64,000 nt of DNA, taken from NCBI RefSeq assembly GCF_964204865.1, contig NC_135257.1, positions 7,316,001-7,380,000 on the forward strand, read 5' to 3'. Positions 42,122 through 54,413 of this stretch are shown piece by piece. Under the pieces are notes generated by a model that searched no databases, was not told the DNA's origin, and saw only the letters and a list, made by a program, of their open reading frames with translations. Position 1 is the first letter of the stretch. Each line of letters starts with the position of its first letter. The DNA is from Styela clava (Eukaryota). The position numbers and the translations under genes were made by a program.

Positions 42122-45100
42122 TTAATGGGTAGCTGAATCAAATCTGCTTTGCCTCTCTTGTAAATCCTGTATTCTAAGATCTTTCAGGCGAAGGAGATGC
42201 TCAAGACGACTGATCTTTACCTAAATATAAACGATCACATATTTCAACATTAGACAAAATACAAACTATCACAAAACAATGTTATTAATGAAACATAGGA
42301 CAAACAGCAAGAACACGAGTTGGAAATGTCTATGCATGAAACTAAAAAAGCAATGCAAAAATGAAAAGTAGGTACAAGTCAAGCTATGTTTTATATAAAA
42401 TCCCAATGCTTGTATTTAATTAATTCAAACTATTATTATATGTATGAAATAAATTAAAACCTTCTCTGACATAATCACATCTATTATGCATGTATCATGT
42501 TATAAATTAATGAACTGCAGATATACCAATTAACTGGAACCATAATAAAGGGTAAATAATATTATATAAATAGCTTGAAAGAGATTGGGAATATCATTTG
42601 TGCATCAATTTACTCACCTGGAGAATCTGAACAGTTTCCATAGATGCTAAAAGTGCTTGTTCCTTTTCTTCTAGTATCAACCTTGTCTCAGTATCAAGCA
42701 TATCAAGGTTCAGCTGGCTCAAAGGGACTGGATTCTTAACTATATACTCAGGAACCTGTGGAAGTAAACAAGAACCAATTAATAAAAACTAAATATGTGG
42801 GTGCAGTATGCTGGGGTGTTTGAATTTAATATTCGAATATCCTTTTTAGTATTTATGAAAATATTGAATATCGCGTAAATAAAATTTATGTGGGAGATTT
42901 TAGAATGTATTCAGAATTCCAGATTTGTATATATTTTCTTAGAATTTAATTGAAATAGGCAAGTATTTAGTTATGTCTATCCCTGGCAGTATGTTTTACC
43001 AAATTTCTAATGATTAATAGCAATGATCAAAGCAAGCTGATAACAATAGTATGGATTATCATTGTAGTGCACACATGACCTCTATTGCACTATGCAAGAA
43101 AAATCAATGTTTCAATTACATTTAAATAATAATTCAGCAATGACAGGGCTTACTCTACTCAAATAATCCTTGAATTGAGAAAAGGGACTTCAAAATAATT
43201 TGGGTCTGTGTGACAAAGTACTTCTGGTTGAATAATTTCGAGTATTTTCAATGGAATGAATTAATACATCCTTACAAGCAGGTGTTGAAGTCAAATTAAA
43301 AGTGGGTTGTCTCAGTAAATATTTTAAGAGTTTTCAAGAGCTCCTATGGTTTAAATATCAGACAAAAACTAGACTTACAACGTTACAAGCATCAATCATT
43401 AAGTAAATAGACATGAAATGAAACAAACATAACCATGTCCACTGGCCCTTCAGATAGTGGAGAATAACAATAAAAAATTGTAAAAAAATATTGCTTAGCA
43501 TACTTTCAACAGAATAATTATAATAACAAAGATGTTAAAATAAAGGTAGCTGTAGGTAGAGAAATCAGATCATATTAGGATTAGAGTATATTGGCCCATT
43601 TTCCACTTCTTGAGCTTCAGTTGTATCATTTGGTTCTTACATCACGTTTCAGTGATAACATAAAATTTTGATAGTCTTTTTGTTAGCAAAATATGACCAT
43701 GTGGAATGGATCGTGAACGGAAAAGGAAAAACAATGGATTTCCATAGAGTCTATAAATTCAAATTCATGTGAGAACTATCCAGAATGTATAAAATGGACT
43801 GAAAACATTATGTTAATTCAGCCACAAGTAAAAATCAGGCATCATCCAGGTGAACAATACATGTAAAAATACATAAGAAACAAGGTATTATAATACCGAG
43901 TCCCGTCTTGGTCGACTGACCATGCTTTCTCCAGTCCTGCTATCAACATCTGGCCCACTCGATCTTGCATTATAATATGGTCTTTCTTGATAACCTGAAA
44001 AAATAATTGTGAAGAAATATAAAATTTAAAATAAATTTATCATTTAAGTGCTCATATGATATGCATGTTTAAAAAATTTCATTGTTGAAAATGAATAAAA
44101 TACTTTCTAACTGAAATGAAAAAATGCTAAAATAAACCATATTATAAATTAGCAAGTATACCTCCTATCTTGCTTCCTGTCTTGATGATGTATTCTTCAA
44201 TTTTCTGCCATAAACCAAACAAGAACACTTCCATCACTCGTGGTTTACATTCAGATATCTCTTGCATTACTGATGCGGGTATAGTGAAGTTCAATTTCGA
44301 CAAAACCTAAAGAAAATTAAAATTCTTCAACTAAAAGCTAGTAATTTCATGAAATATTAGTTTAACGTTTTTCAGAGATGAAAAATATGAAATTCTAAAT
44401 CCAGGGCAATATTCACTTGTAGGATGATGATGTAGATATAATAATTTTGATATTTAAATTGGATATTGAAATTTAAGTTGGAAACGAGAACAATATATTA
44501 ATACAAGCTTATATAAATAATTGAATCAGAACATATGCTGCAATGTATAACGGAGATATTTTAAAACGTTTAATGATGCTTAATTTGATAAATATGTAAT
44601 AATTTTAATCGAGTCATTTAACACCAATTGCAACCGGTCTACGTCCCCATATTAGATGTCAGCAGATTTTGGAATCAGTCTGATATAATGTTCAGATTAC
44701 TTAAATAGCAAATTTGCTTTCTTTGAATATTTAAAAGCATCTATTCCATCTATCATGTACCGGTATCTGATAATGTAATGATGCAACACATATCAGTTTG
44801 AATTTTGAGGCAATTTATATATCAACGATACAGATGAAAAAGCGGAATTGAATTCGTTTTGCATATATTCCATGTATACTAACATGGTCGAAAAGCTCAA
44901 GACATGGCAAACTTAATTAAAGATCATAAGTTTGAAACTGCAATTAAAAACACATCTGTCCTCTGCTTTATATGTAAGATGTTCAAACTGTAATTAAACT
45001 GAAAATTTGGTAGTCAAAAAATTTTACAGCCATCAATAACATCGAAGAAGGTTTATATATCACTGACTTACTTTTCTATTCAGTGTTTGCCAGTTGTTGA

Positions 45101-45296
45101 GTTTTTGATTTGTAGAATTAGCACTGGTGTAATTATGCATTTCAACAAGCCGTGGAATAAAATGCCTTACAACTTCAGCAACCAATATTCCATCACTAAA
45201 ATCTCTTGCAACAGACTTTTTCTTTCTACTCAATGGAATCACGTCGATCCATGAGTAGAGTTTTTGCAATTCTACTTCACTGAGTTCAGAATTCAT
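42122..45296 (-). CDS. SPEF1: Sperm flagellar protein 1 (CLAMP): N-terminal calponin-homology domain, C-terminal coiled coil, 234 aa, 5 coding exons
   Basis: Exons (minus): 45072-45296, 44162-44306, 43897-43994, 42618-42755, 42122-42220; 705 nt ending in TAA. LYSWIDVIPLSRKKKSVARDFSDGILVAEVVRHFIPRLVEMHNYTSANSTNQKLNNWQTLNRKVLSKLNF is the CH domain. EEKEQALLASMETVQILQVKISRLEHLLRLKDLRIQDL is the SPEF1 C-terminal coiled coil. Extra small exons in the 42756-43896 intron cannot be excluded. Confidence 0.93.
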
Positions 45297-46174
45297 GTTT
45301 CAGTATTCAGAACGTTTAAACTATACCTAACAGGTACTATCTAAATTGAATGTGATATTTATGAATATCATAAAACAATTCATTTTGTGTAATGCAGAAC
45401 TTCTCCCACATACTGACATAGTAAAGACCTTGGAACTGGTATATAATAGTCAAATCCATATATTAGCTATACTGGCTATGCCCATAAGTAAAGATTTACC
45501 TAGTTTGGATTTTCATATTTATCTCAAGGTAAGAAAAGTCAATGACAATAAAGTTCAAGCCATGAATTCCTGGCTACCAGTACCAGTTCAATTTAGCTGG
45601 CTGGATAAGGAAAAAAGAACTAACACACAACACAAGATAATGTTTAGGGAAAAAATAATGTTTCGGTCACACACGCACAGTCATTCATGTTTCAAAATGT
45701 TGTTGATAAAAAGACTTAATAATGACAAGGTAAGCCTATGGCAATATGTGCTAGCTTCTGAGCTTGTTGCCAGCTTATTTCAACAATACACAAGACAGAC
45801 AGAGTAGGTATGTTAGAAAAAATCTAACGTTCATCTGATTTAAAATAAAACTGCGCCAATGGATAGAGCTAAGTGAAAATAAGAAAACAATACCAAGTTC
45901 GGAACAAAAAGATATTGTGAACAGAAAAACTTAATGAAACAAAGTTTACAAATTTTTTTAAATAAATTAGCTGCTTTTTAATTAAATTATGTAAGAGGAA
46001 GTCTCTGAATTTCACCTAACCTCTGGTCGGCAGCGGCCTCCACTACGCAAGTCCACGAGTACGCAGTAATCAACTGATTTATCACTTTTCATATCCGACC
46101 TTATTTAATGAACAATTTATTTACCATTCAATATTCCTCAACTCGTAAGCAATTACAGCAAAACAAGAGAGATC

Positions 46175-46188
46175 GTTGCGAGGGAAAA
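46175..46188. promoter_or_regulatory. Candidate degenerate RFX X-box ~0.9 kb upstream of the SPEF1 ATG
   Basis: GTTGCGAGGGAAAA resembles the X-box GTTGCYAKGGMAAC and lies in a CpG-containing segment 5' of a ciliary gene. The match is imperfect. Confidence 0.3.
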
Positions 46189-46935
46189 TGCCGGCGTTCA
46201 ATCAATAACCTATGCGCGATGACAGACTCGGGCTAAGATCATATTAATTGAATTATTATGTACAGAATTATGCCTTGAATTATTTTGTACGGTTTCGTGA
46301 AACGTCTGTGAATTACCTTTTTTTAATAAAAATTTTATCGAATATTAGTAAAAACACATATCAATTACTAATCTCTCGATATGTGTCAAATCTATGGAAT
46401 ATCGGGACTATTTGAGAATTTTATTCTGACAACTATCATTGAGGTCGTCGGAAGATCGTCGCAAGTCAGTGCTGGAGTGGTGTATATTAGTTTTACAGTG
46501 GTTCGTTGCGGCCTGCGGATAATAATTAACAATGTTCTGATTAAACAAACTGCATAAAAATCGGTAAGTATGAAGTTAAGAAAGAAATACACATGTTCAT
46601 ATAAATGTTATTAGTGTCCAAAGACAATATCATTAATCTGCATTACGTATAAGTTGAGCGTAATTTTTAGAAGCATCGAATGTTATGAAATTATGCGCTA
46701 ATGAAATAATTCAAATACCAGGACATAGTCGTGTATTTTATTTACATTATGTCAAAATTTCATGAAATTGCAAGCTTATGTAGGCGATTCGTAGTCGTTT
46801 TTATCAGCGCTATTCCGACCTGACGTAACGCTACGCCTACTAGAAGTACGTTGGGTACGAAACTAAACGAGACCCAAGATTTGCTCGGGACATAAACTTG
46901 CCAATCAGCCAATGCTGCAATGACCAACGAAAACT

Positions 46936-47421
46936 AGGTCTCGTGTAGTTTCGTATCTAACGTACCGGTACTATTAGTGGGCGTAGCATACCGGTAACAG
47001 TTTTTTGACATGTCAATCCTAACCCCCACCTGACTACGCCATCCAAAAATTACTCCATTACGGTACGACATCACAACCATGTCATAGAGCTTGTCAAATA
47101 TATGTACGATCGCCGGAAATGGCATCGACGCCGACGATAACGAATTTGCTAACGCCAGTGATCTCTCTCATATTGGGATCGTTGCGAGGAGAAAACTAGA
47201 GAGATACTGTACCGGTACCGGTAGCTGTTCGATTTTGGGTGCTGGTCTGCGCGTCTTGGATGACAGGTCGTATAGTTTGAAGGGCTCTATTACGTCTCTG
47301 TGACGTCATTTTTGGATGGCGTAGTCAGGTGGGGTTTAGGATTTACACATGAAAAAATTGTTATGCTACGCCCACTAGAAGTACCGGTACGGTACGTTAG
47401 GAACGAAACTACATGAGACCC
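46936..47421. mobile_element. Foldback MITE with ~115-bp TIRs (superfamily unassigned)
   Basis: GGTCTCGTGTAGTTTCGT...GTGGGCGTAGCATA...CCCCACCTGACTACGCCATCCAAAAAT is matched in inverse by ATTTTTGGATGGCGTAGTCAGGTGGGG...TATGCTACGCCCAC...ACGAAACTACATGAGACC. A second right-end fragment lies at ~46830-46876. Confidence 0.8.
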
Positions 47422-48877
47422 GGAAACTCCACACCCCTCAGCTTATCAACTAAGCTTATTAAAAGCTATTATATCAGAAAATGCTGCAACGACTGAGAAA
47501 GTATTTAAAAGGCATTGACAGCTATCATATCGTTATCTCCATACCTATGTAATTGTAAATCCTATCCTATCCGACATGTAGCGTACAACTGTTTCCGTGT
47601 TTTTGTTTTGGCGTGGGCTCGATAACAACGACAGTGTCTGACGCGCTGCTGCCTCTAGCGATAAGACGATACAAATTCAGCAACACAAAATCACATTCAT
47701 TGATTTTCGTAAACAAGTGGGCTTTGCATCGTTTCGATTGTTGGACACGAACTAATTGAACATTATTTTTGTTGTAGTTTTCTCTGGAATTGATGTTTCC
47801 CTGAGCACCGGTTTCCTTGTTTATTTCCGTAACAATGGCCGATCAGCTAAAAGTCAGCGATGACATAACAATTGGATTTGTGAAGTTGATCAGACACTTC
47901 GTTCGCTCAGAGCAAAGACAATGCATATCTATGCTCAGAGCCTCAGACCATATGCATTGTCTCTGCTCAGACAGATATTCAAGCATGGTTGTAAACATTG
48001 CCTCATTTTTGCGGTTTTGCGAGTTATTTGTCAGTTTTTAGGTGTTGTTTTTTCTAAAAATGACCTGTGACGCGCTTCCACGTTTTGGCTTCTGTTTTAA
48101 ATAGAAAATTTAAAGCACTTCTTTTCGGCAACTCGATTACGACACTCGACTTCCAACACTCAACTCGGGGATCTCTCGCAACACGCACCTACTACTACTT
48201 CTCCAAGCATCTGCCTCATTTTTGAGTTAAGTTATTTTACTGTTTTGATTTTATGCTTTTATAACTTCGCTATTTTAATACAACAAAAAACTTGCACATT
48301 TTACTAGAGACTTGAAAGAGGACAAGAATAAGGAAGCACAGTCTCGGCACGCGGAGTTTAGGGAACAACAGCAAGAACCCTACACGTGTAAGCGGTACGT
48401 AGTTGAATATATTATTAAACATAATGGTTTTGGGCATGTAAATCAGTTTGCAACTGTTAACTCTTTAAAACACAAGCCAAATAAGCATCCAAAATTTGTC
48501 AATAGTAAAGTATAGGGAGAATATTTCTCGTATCAAGGGTAGACCAATCCGATCCCAAATTTTTGGGACTGTTCATCGTAGTCTCCCATCCACAATGCCC
48601 AAATTTTTGTGGGTTGGTCTGTCTACCTTCCTCCGGACCGGATTGAGCAATAATGAATCCATCGATTCTTGTTTCGATTGTTGGGCACGAATTAATTGAA
48701 GATAATTTTGCGAAATTTTTCTCGCTCCGCAATAGACCCATCGATCCATGATGCGCAAATATTTTTTGTTTGTACCTTGCTTCGTGTATGACTGAACTGA
48801 ACAATGGTACTGCACTTTTCCTCATAGTCTATCATTCACAATGCCGAATTTTTTTTTTGATTGATCTGTCTACATTT

Positions 48878-49330
48878 GGCGCGACGGGTCGCTCATCGTG
48901 CTAAGCGTTAGGAATACACTCGCCACCGCACCTCTGATTACGCTGCGTGGGTTCGCAGGTTCGAATCCCGTGCAGGGGTGGTTATGTGCAAGAAGATTGG
49001 TGGACTCGTGTGATGTTTTGGGTATTACCAAATCACCAATAGACAGAAATATTACAGTTTATTATACTGCAAAGTAAGGCGTCAGTATATCGCAGCTTAA
49101 CGCTAGACAGTTCAAAAACAAGAATGAGTAACAAACACGCAGACAGGTAAAAGCAAGGAGCAATTACGAGAACACAATTATGACATCATGATCACAAATC
49201 TGGTGCGTGTTAAAAACAACAAGCTATGACGTAAATACACAACAGACTTCTCGCCGCCGTAGGGTGGTTCACGTAAGCGTTGGTCGGTTACGGCTTCCTT
49301 CACCACTAAGTCCATCACCACTAAGTCCAT
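48878..49330 (+). mobile_element. tRNA-derived SINE, interrupted by a solo LTR and 3'-truncated
   Basis: Pol III B box GGTTCGAATCC at 48958-48968. The body continues after the insertion (GACTTCTCGCCGCCGTAGGGTGGTTCACG...). Homologous to 31530-31810. Confidence 0.8.
49009..49244 (-). mobile_element. Solo LTR (236 bp) inserted in the SINE
   Basis: Minus-strand termini TGTTGTG...CATCACA (TG..CA) with AATAAA ~40 nt from the 3' end. It splits otherwise contiguous SINE sequence, with a near-duplicated target GACTC/GACTT. Confidence 0.7.
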
Positions 49331-49504
49331 GTCCAGACATACATACAGACAGACAGATACCTATCAACATACTTACCGATTAAAATCGATAAGTAATAAT
49401 GCTCTCGTTTGCAGCTGGAGCCCCCACAATATTCGAGATTACGAGTACGAGATTCCTCTAGTTGGCTCTCGAACTACTAGATTAGTTTATTACTACCACA
49501 AGAT

Positions 49505-49772
49505 TTATTACTTATCGATCTTAAGATCGGTAAGTATGTTGATAGGTATTTGTCTGTTTGTCTGTCTGTCTGTTTGTATGTTTGTCTGTTAGATGAACGC
49601 GATATCTCACGAACGCGTGGTTGAATCTGCTCCAAATTTTGCATGTGCATGCATCTTACCTCGGACCAGAAGCCTATAGATTTTGGGTTAATTATGTCGT
49701 ATAATTAGCGAGTTATTAACTAATTACCGATCTAAGATCGATAAGTCTTCGGTCTCCGATCGATATTCTCGT
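49505..49772 (+). mobile_element. Helentron-associated non-autonomous element (HINE/DINE-1-like), copy 1
   Basis: T-rich ends, subterminal inverted repeat ACTTATCGATC / GATCGATAAGT, (TCTG/TTTG)n microsatellite, 3' stem-loop TCGGTCTCCGATCGA. An inverted 5' fragment lies at 49334-49399. Confidence 0.7.
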
Positions 49773-50858
49773 TTATTACTTATCGATTTTAATCGGTAAG
49801 TATGTTGATAGATATTTGTCTGTTTGTTTGTCTGTTAGATGCACGCGATATCTCACGAAAGCGAGATTGAATCTGCTCCAGATTTTGCATGTGCATTCAT
49901 CATAAGTCCCAATGAATTATGGATGAATTATATAGTATAACTAGAGCTGCTTGCAGCTTTAACAGGCTTCCCGCGTAATGCAGCCATGTAATAGAATGAG
50001 TCGCAGCTAGAGAACTTTTTCTCTGTAACTCTTCTGGGTTCGTAAATTGACGCGTATTTGACGGGGGAACATAGCAGAGACTACGCGGATCACTCATGCA
50101 TGACTTAGTCACGTGACCGGGAGTGCTACATCAAAAGGCTAACATAAGTTGTGGTGGATCAACCGACCTCAAATACCAAGTTTAAGTTCTTAATATTCAA
50201 TAGTAATTGAGAAATGCGAAAAAAACTGAAAATTATGCTATGTGCACTGGAGCGTGAAGCCGTGATCAGTCATGCATTAAGTCTGCAATTTATGATGGGG
50301 AATTTATTATCTGCATGTGATGTAAATTTCAAGTCTCTAAGTAGTGTCGTTTTCGAGAAGAAGATGAAAATGTAAAATCCTATATTGCTCACTGGAGCGT
50401 ATCGCCGAGGTCAGTCATGCGTATCCTTGACATATTGTATCCGGAATATGTCCATTAATCATTGTTATGAACTTCAACCCAATACCATGTATCAATTTTG
50501 AGAAATCGCAAAAAAACTGAAGACGCGTTTTGCTCACTGGAGGGTGAAAGCGTGGTCAGTCATGCATAAAATTTGCATTTTATTGCTAGCTGAGAACTTC
50601 TGCACATTTGAGGTGAATTTCAAGTTTGTAGGACCAATTTGAAAAAAAAAATAATAATAAATAATAATAAATAAATAATAATAATAAAACACAGGAATAC
50701 AATAGGTTCCCTGCTGACAAGCAGCGGGAAGCCTAATTAGCGAGTTATTAATTAATTAGTGATGGGACACAATGTGTCACTATGGAGTAAGAGCGCTGTT
50801 TTGGGGATCCCCTGACTTTCGATCGATAAGTCTTCGGTCTCTGACCGATATTCTCGTT
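49773..50858 (+). mobile_element. HINE/DINE-1-like element copy 2 (tandem with copy 1, interrupted by another element)
   Basis: Same 5' end as copy 1 (TTATTACTTATCGAT...GGTAAGTATGTTGATAG). It resumes at ~50735 (AATTAGCGAGTTATTAA) and ends GATCGATAAGTCTTCGGTCTCTGACCGATATTCTCGTTT. Confidence 0.7.
49941..50734 (-). mobile_element. Second HINE-like family nested in copy 2, with internal ~145-bp tandem repeats
   Basis: Inserted at an AA/TT site without a TSD. Subterminal inverted repeat AGGCTTCCCGC / GCGGGAAGCCT; (AAT)n tract at ~50650-50686. Repeated CACTGGAG.GT...GTCAGTCATGC units at ~50244, 50386 and 50532. Confidence 0.65.
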
Positions 50859-51174
50859 TTATTGTTTATTCTTCCTACTTTTTTCCCCCAACTGTTAGAC
50901 TAATTCTCTCTACTCCAACCCTCCAACTTTCGTTGGAGCGGAATTATTTAATAATATTTCTTCCCAACTTGCTGACAACACACACCCGTCGTTGTCGGGG
51001 ATATTATTTTCGCTAGCTGGCCTCGCTACTCTTTCTTCAGACTCAGCTCCACCGCCTGCCTGACTTTGTCGGCTCTTGGGCATACCCACCCTCTCCTCTC
51101 TACCGGCTCTTCTTTACTTGAATGCATGCGTCGACCTCCTCGGATATTCTTTTCGTTAGCTTCCGAACTAACCT

Positions 51175-51305
51175 GCACTCTTTCTCCCTCCTCGCTGGCT
51201 CTGGAGCCCCTTCCATTTTCTTTCGACCACCTACCCACCCCTCTTTCTCCGTCCTCGCTGGCTCTGGGGCCCCTTCTATTATTCCTTCAACCGCCTACCC
51301 ACTCT
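51175..51305. repeat. Pyrimidine-rich ~63-bp diverged tandem repeat (2 copies)
   Basis: TTTCTCC.TCCTCGCTGGCTCTGG.GCCCCTTC.ATT...ACC.CCTACCCAC occurs twice within a C/T-rich stretch (51020-51330). Confidence 0.7.
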
Positions 51306-51394
51306 CTCGTCCGACCCCCTTAGAGCAAATTTAATTCTTTCGGATCTCTTCGCTAGTTCGAAACATCATTCGGTACCATGTCTCAAAATTAGAT

Positions 51395-51465
51395 TTCCTC
51401 TGCGGGAATCGAACCTCGTCCTGCGTATTACCGCGTGTCTATGCTTCGTTTGCGCCACCGTTACC
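51395..51465 (-). mobile_element. tRNA-derived SINE head or tRNA pseudogene fragment
   Basis: Minus strand GGTAACGGTGGCGCAAACGAAGCA...GAGGTTCGATTCCCGCAGAGG has an A-box-like and a B-box motif but no full cloverleaf. Confidence 0.5.
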
Positions 51466-52149
51466 TGTTTGGACGAGCGAAATTGAAATCTTACTTAAGT
51501 AACACATTTTTATCGACGTCACACTTTGCAATCCCTGACATGGCTTCGAACAATATTACGCTAATATGCTGCGTTGGTTGGGAGCATATTCATCCAGGTG
51601 TGGGAATGTTGAAGGAACCCGTTTTCAATTTGACATATCATTCGCTTTAATCAACTACTGAATACGAGCTTGCCTGTAAAATCGTTGGATCTTTTGAAAA
51701 TGACGATTTCCCGTTTTCAATCGGGGATCAACCAAAGAATCGGAATTTTTAGTTCAAAAAAGCTAACAAAAATTCTGCTTCATTTTGAAGAAGACTTTTC
51801 TTGTGGTTGTTTGGTTGCTGGCTGTGGTTGTTGATCTGACAATAACACTGCATAACCCGGTTTTCGAATACATGTATTCGATTTTCGTTTGTGTATGTAT
51901 TTTCAAATACCCATGAACCAGGCTGACGATCATACAAAATCCAGGTAACACTGCACGTATGCCGAGTTGTAGCAATTCCTTCTGTTAGTTCGTTCCCTTA
52001 ATTTTTTTCAAGGGTTTGGTCAAATATTGTCTTCATACATTGGAGAAAAGAGTAAAGCTTGCACCTTTTGAGAGGAGTCGAAATTGTGCAAGGTGACCCA
52101 AAACAGATCGATCGAGGAACAAAGTTTTACAATTATTGTTACCCTTACC

Positions 52150-52664
52150 TAGGGTTACCATATTTTTGTGACTTCAAATCGGGAAGCCTCGAAAGACAAC
52201 GACCCCTTAGCTTCAAATTTTCCGATTTTATTACATAGGCCTACATTCCTACATTTAAAGCTGTCTCGGCTGTCTTTATTGACCATATTGTTATCGAAAT
52301 TTCATGCGCATATTCTCTGTCCAAAAATCGGGTTCAGTTCGAAAAATAGGAATAAATAAAAAAAAAAAAAAAAAAAATAGGAAGGAATTGACGTTAACGA
52401 TACCGGTACAAATAATTCGAATTTAGACTAATCAGTATTGGTTTTACATGCGATACGTCTGCCCTCAATAGGAATTAGCGGGAAACGAACGCATTCACCT
52501 CCAGTAAGTAGGCTAGCGCTGCGCTACGCAGAAACAACAGTAACGAGAACATGTTTGTGTATTATGCTGGAAAAGCGGGACTTTTGGCTGACTTATCGGG
52601 ACGGCGGGACAAAACGCTGGAAAGCGGGACTGTCCCGCTTAAAGCGGGACGTATGGTAAGCCTA
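52150..52664. mobile_element. Non-autonomous hAT MITE
   Basis: TIR TAGGGTTACCATA / TATGGTAAGCCTA. Perfect 8-bp TSD CCCTTACC (52142-52149, 52665-52672). GCGGGAC subterminal repeats. Homologous to 30653-31296. Confidence 0.9.
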
Positions 52665-53875
52665 CCCTTACCGTTGGGCTTTAAATTTTATGGAATTGAG
52701 AATGAAGCAATTATAATGTTTAATTGAGGCGCGACAAATCGTTATAGCCGAATATTTATCCGACAAATCTAAATGTTTTATTTCCAATAATTTTTCAAAG
52801 CCCAAATATGTTATAATCAATTTTTTAAAGCGCTATTTCAACCCATTAAGGTAAGCCAACAAGACCATACCGCGACAATGCAATACTTTCACGAGCAATA
52901 AAGTAATTTAGTCCGATGAAGTATATTGATTTGAAAAATTCCTTTTAGCCGTCAAAAACAAATTCAACAATCATACGTCGATTTATTTCTAAAGTATACC
53001 TTCTAACTCTCACACTCTTCCTATTTCCTTTATTGGGCGCGAAGTGGGCCTATGGATGTTTTTATATAGTTCAAAAATGTATGCAGGCTCCATGGGATTC
53101 GTTTTCTGAATTAAAACTTTTGCACCTCGTAAAAAGAAATACTTACAACAAGATGATCAACATAATTACAAAAGAATCCCTATGTACACTGTTTCTGTCG
53201 AAAAACTGTGAAGAGTTAACGATCCGGTAAATACCGAGAAGATTATCTCACCACGGCAAAAAGAATAATTTTAGTTATCATCCATATATTAAATTATCTT
53301 TTGAAACATTCTAGATCAGATCAAAGAGCGAAATATCGGTATATTATAACCAATTCGTATATCACAGAATTGGCCCATACCGATTGATTGATACATCTCT
53401 AATATACACATATATATATATAGATTACCACTAACAGTGCATTACAAACGAGAGCACAAATTACTTCTTCGATATTTGAACAATTAGGGATGAAAAATAA
53501 ATGTAGCAAAAAGATAAATAACATGGGTCGTACACAATAAAATAAATAGTGAACATGTTTTTTCATATGCATTCCAAGTATATATTTCAAAGTAGCTGAT
53601 TTTCTAACTTCTACTCTATTTTTTCGCGGACTTATATACAGGGTGATCAGACCAAGTGTATACAAATGTTAATTAAGATATCTACAATATAAATGTAAGA
53701 GAGAAAGAAATTATTTTGCAAAAATAGCATTATAAAGATGAAAAGTAGAATTCATTGTTATTTTGCGATATATTCTCTTCTTTCCTTCACTATTTGATTG
53801 GAACTTGACTGCACGAGGCACGTATGGTTTCTTCTGAAATTTTATCCCAACAAGCCATCAATCTATGCCTCAGAG

Positions 53876-54406
53876 CAGTTGTTCCCAACCTGAGGTGCGC
53901 GCACCACTAGTGGTACGCAAGCAGCTTCGAATTATAGCAACAATTAACTTTTGTATTTGCTGAACAGCGTATACAGCGCTACAAATTCTTGTTTTTATAG
54001 GTCGGCTTCTTCGTTACTGTCCACCAAAAACGGAAGGGACATGTTCTCGGCCATGTTTTGCGTGTACGCCATAATGTGTCTGCATTAATAAATCGGCAAA
54101 TGAGGGAGCGTTCGTGATAGCGGCTCGCACTGATCAAAGTGTTTTCGTCCGAGGTTTTGGACAATTTAGTGGTAATGATAAGATGTATTGTTACCTAACG
54201 TGCAAATTGGCAAAAACATGTCCACTTCGTTTTAGGTGGACAGTAACGGGCGAGAGTGATGTCTAAAAGACACGAACTGGTAGCGCTATAAACGCCGTAG
54301 CGAATACGAAAGTTAATTGTTGCAATAATTAAAAGCTGCTTTCGTACCACTTGAAAAGCTCCCGCGTATCACTAGTGGTGCGGGTAACTCGGATTGAGAA
54401 TAACTG
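53876..54406. mobile_element. Older hAT-type MITE
   Basis: Imperfect TIR CAGTTGTTCCCAAC...GCACCACTAGTGGTACGC / GCGTATCACTAGTGGTGC...TTGAGAATAACTG. TSD not preserved. Confidence 0.6.
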
Positions 54407-54413
54407 CTATAAG

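Noticed and set aside
43434-43447. Possible 14-nt SPEF1 micro-exon (AG|GGCCAGTGGACATG|GT)
   Set aside because: It would shift the frame between two phase-0 junctions that already join correctly.
45346-45807. 153-aa plus-strand ORF upstream of SPEF1
   Set aside because: It has a non-ATG start, no domain similarity I can recognise and no splice support; it is probably a chance ORF antisense to the SPEF1 5' region.
48900-48975. tRNA gene suggested by GGTTCGAATCC
   Set aside because: No cloverleaf can be formed and the sequence continues into a SINE body found elsewhere in the window.
50518-50570. CTGAAGA...GAAA hammerhead-like spacing
   Set aside because: There is no proper stem II or NUH geometry; it is part of the 145-bp HINE internal repeat.
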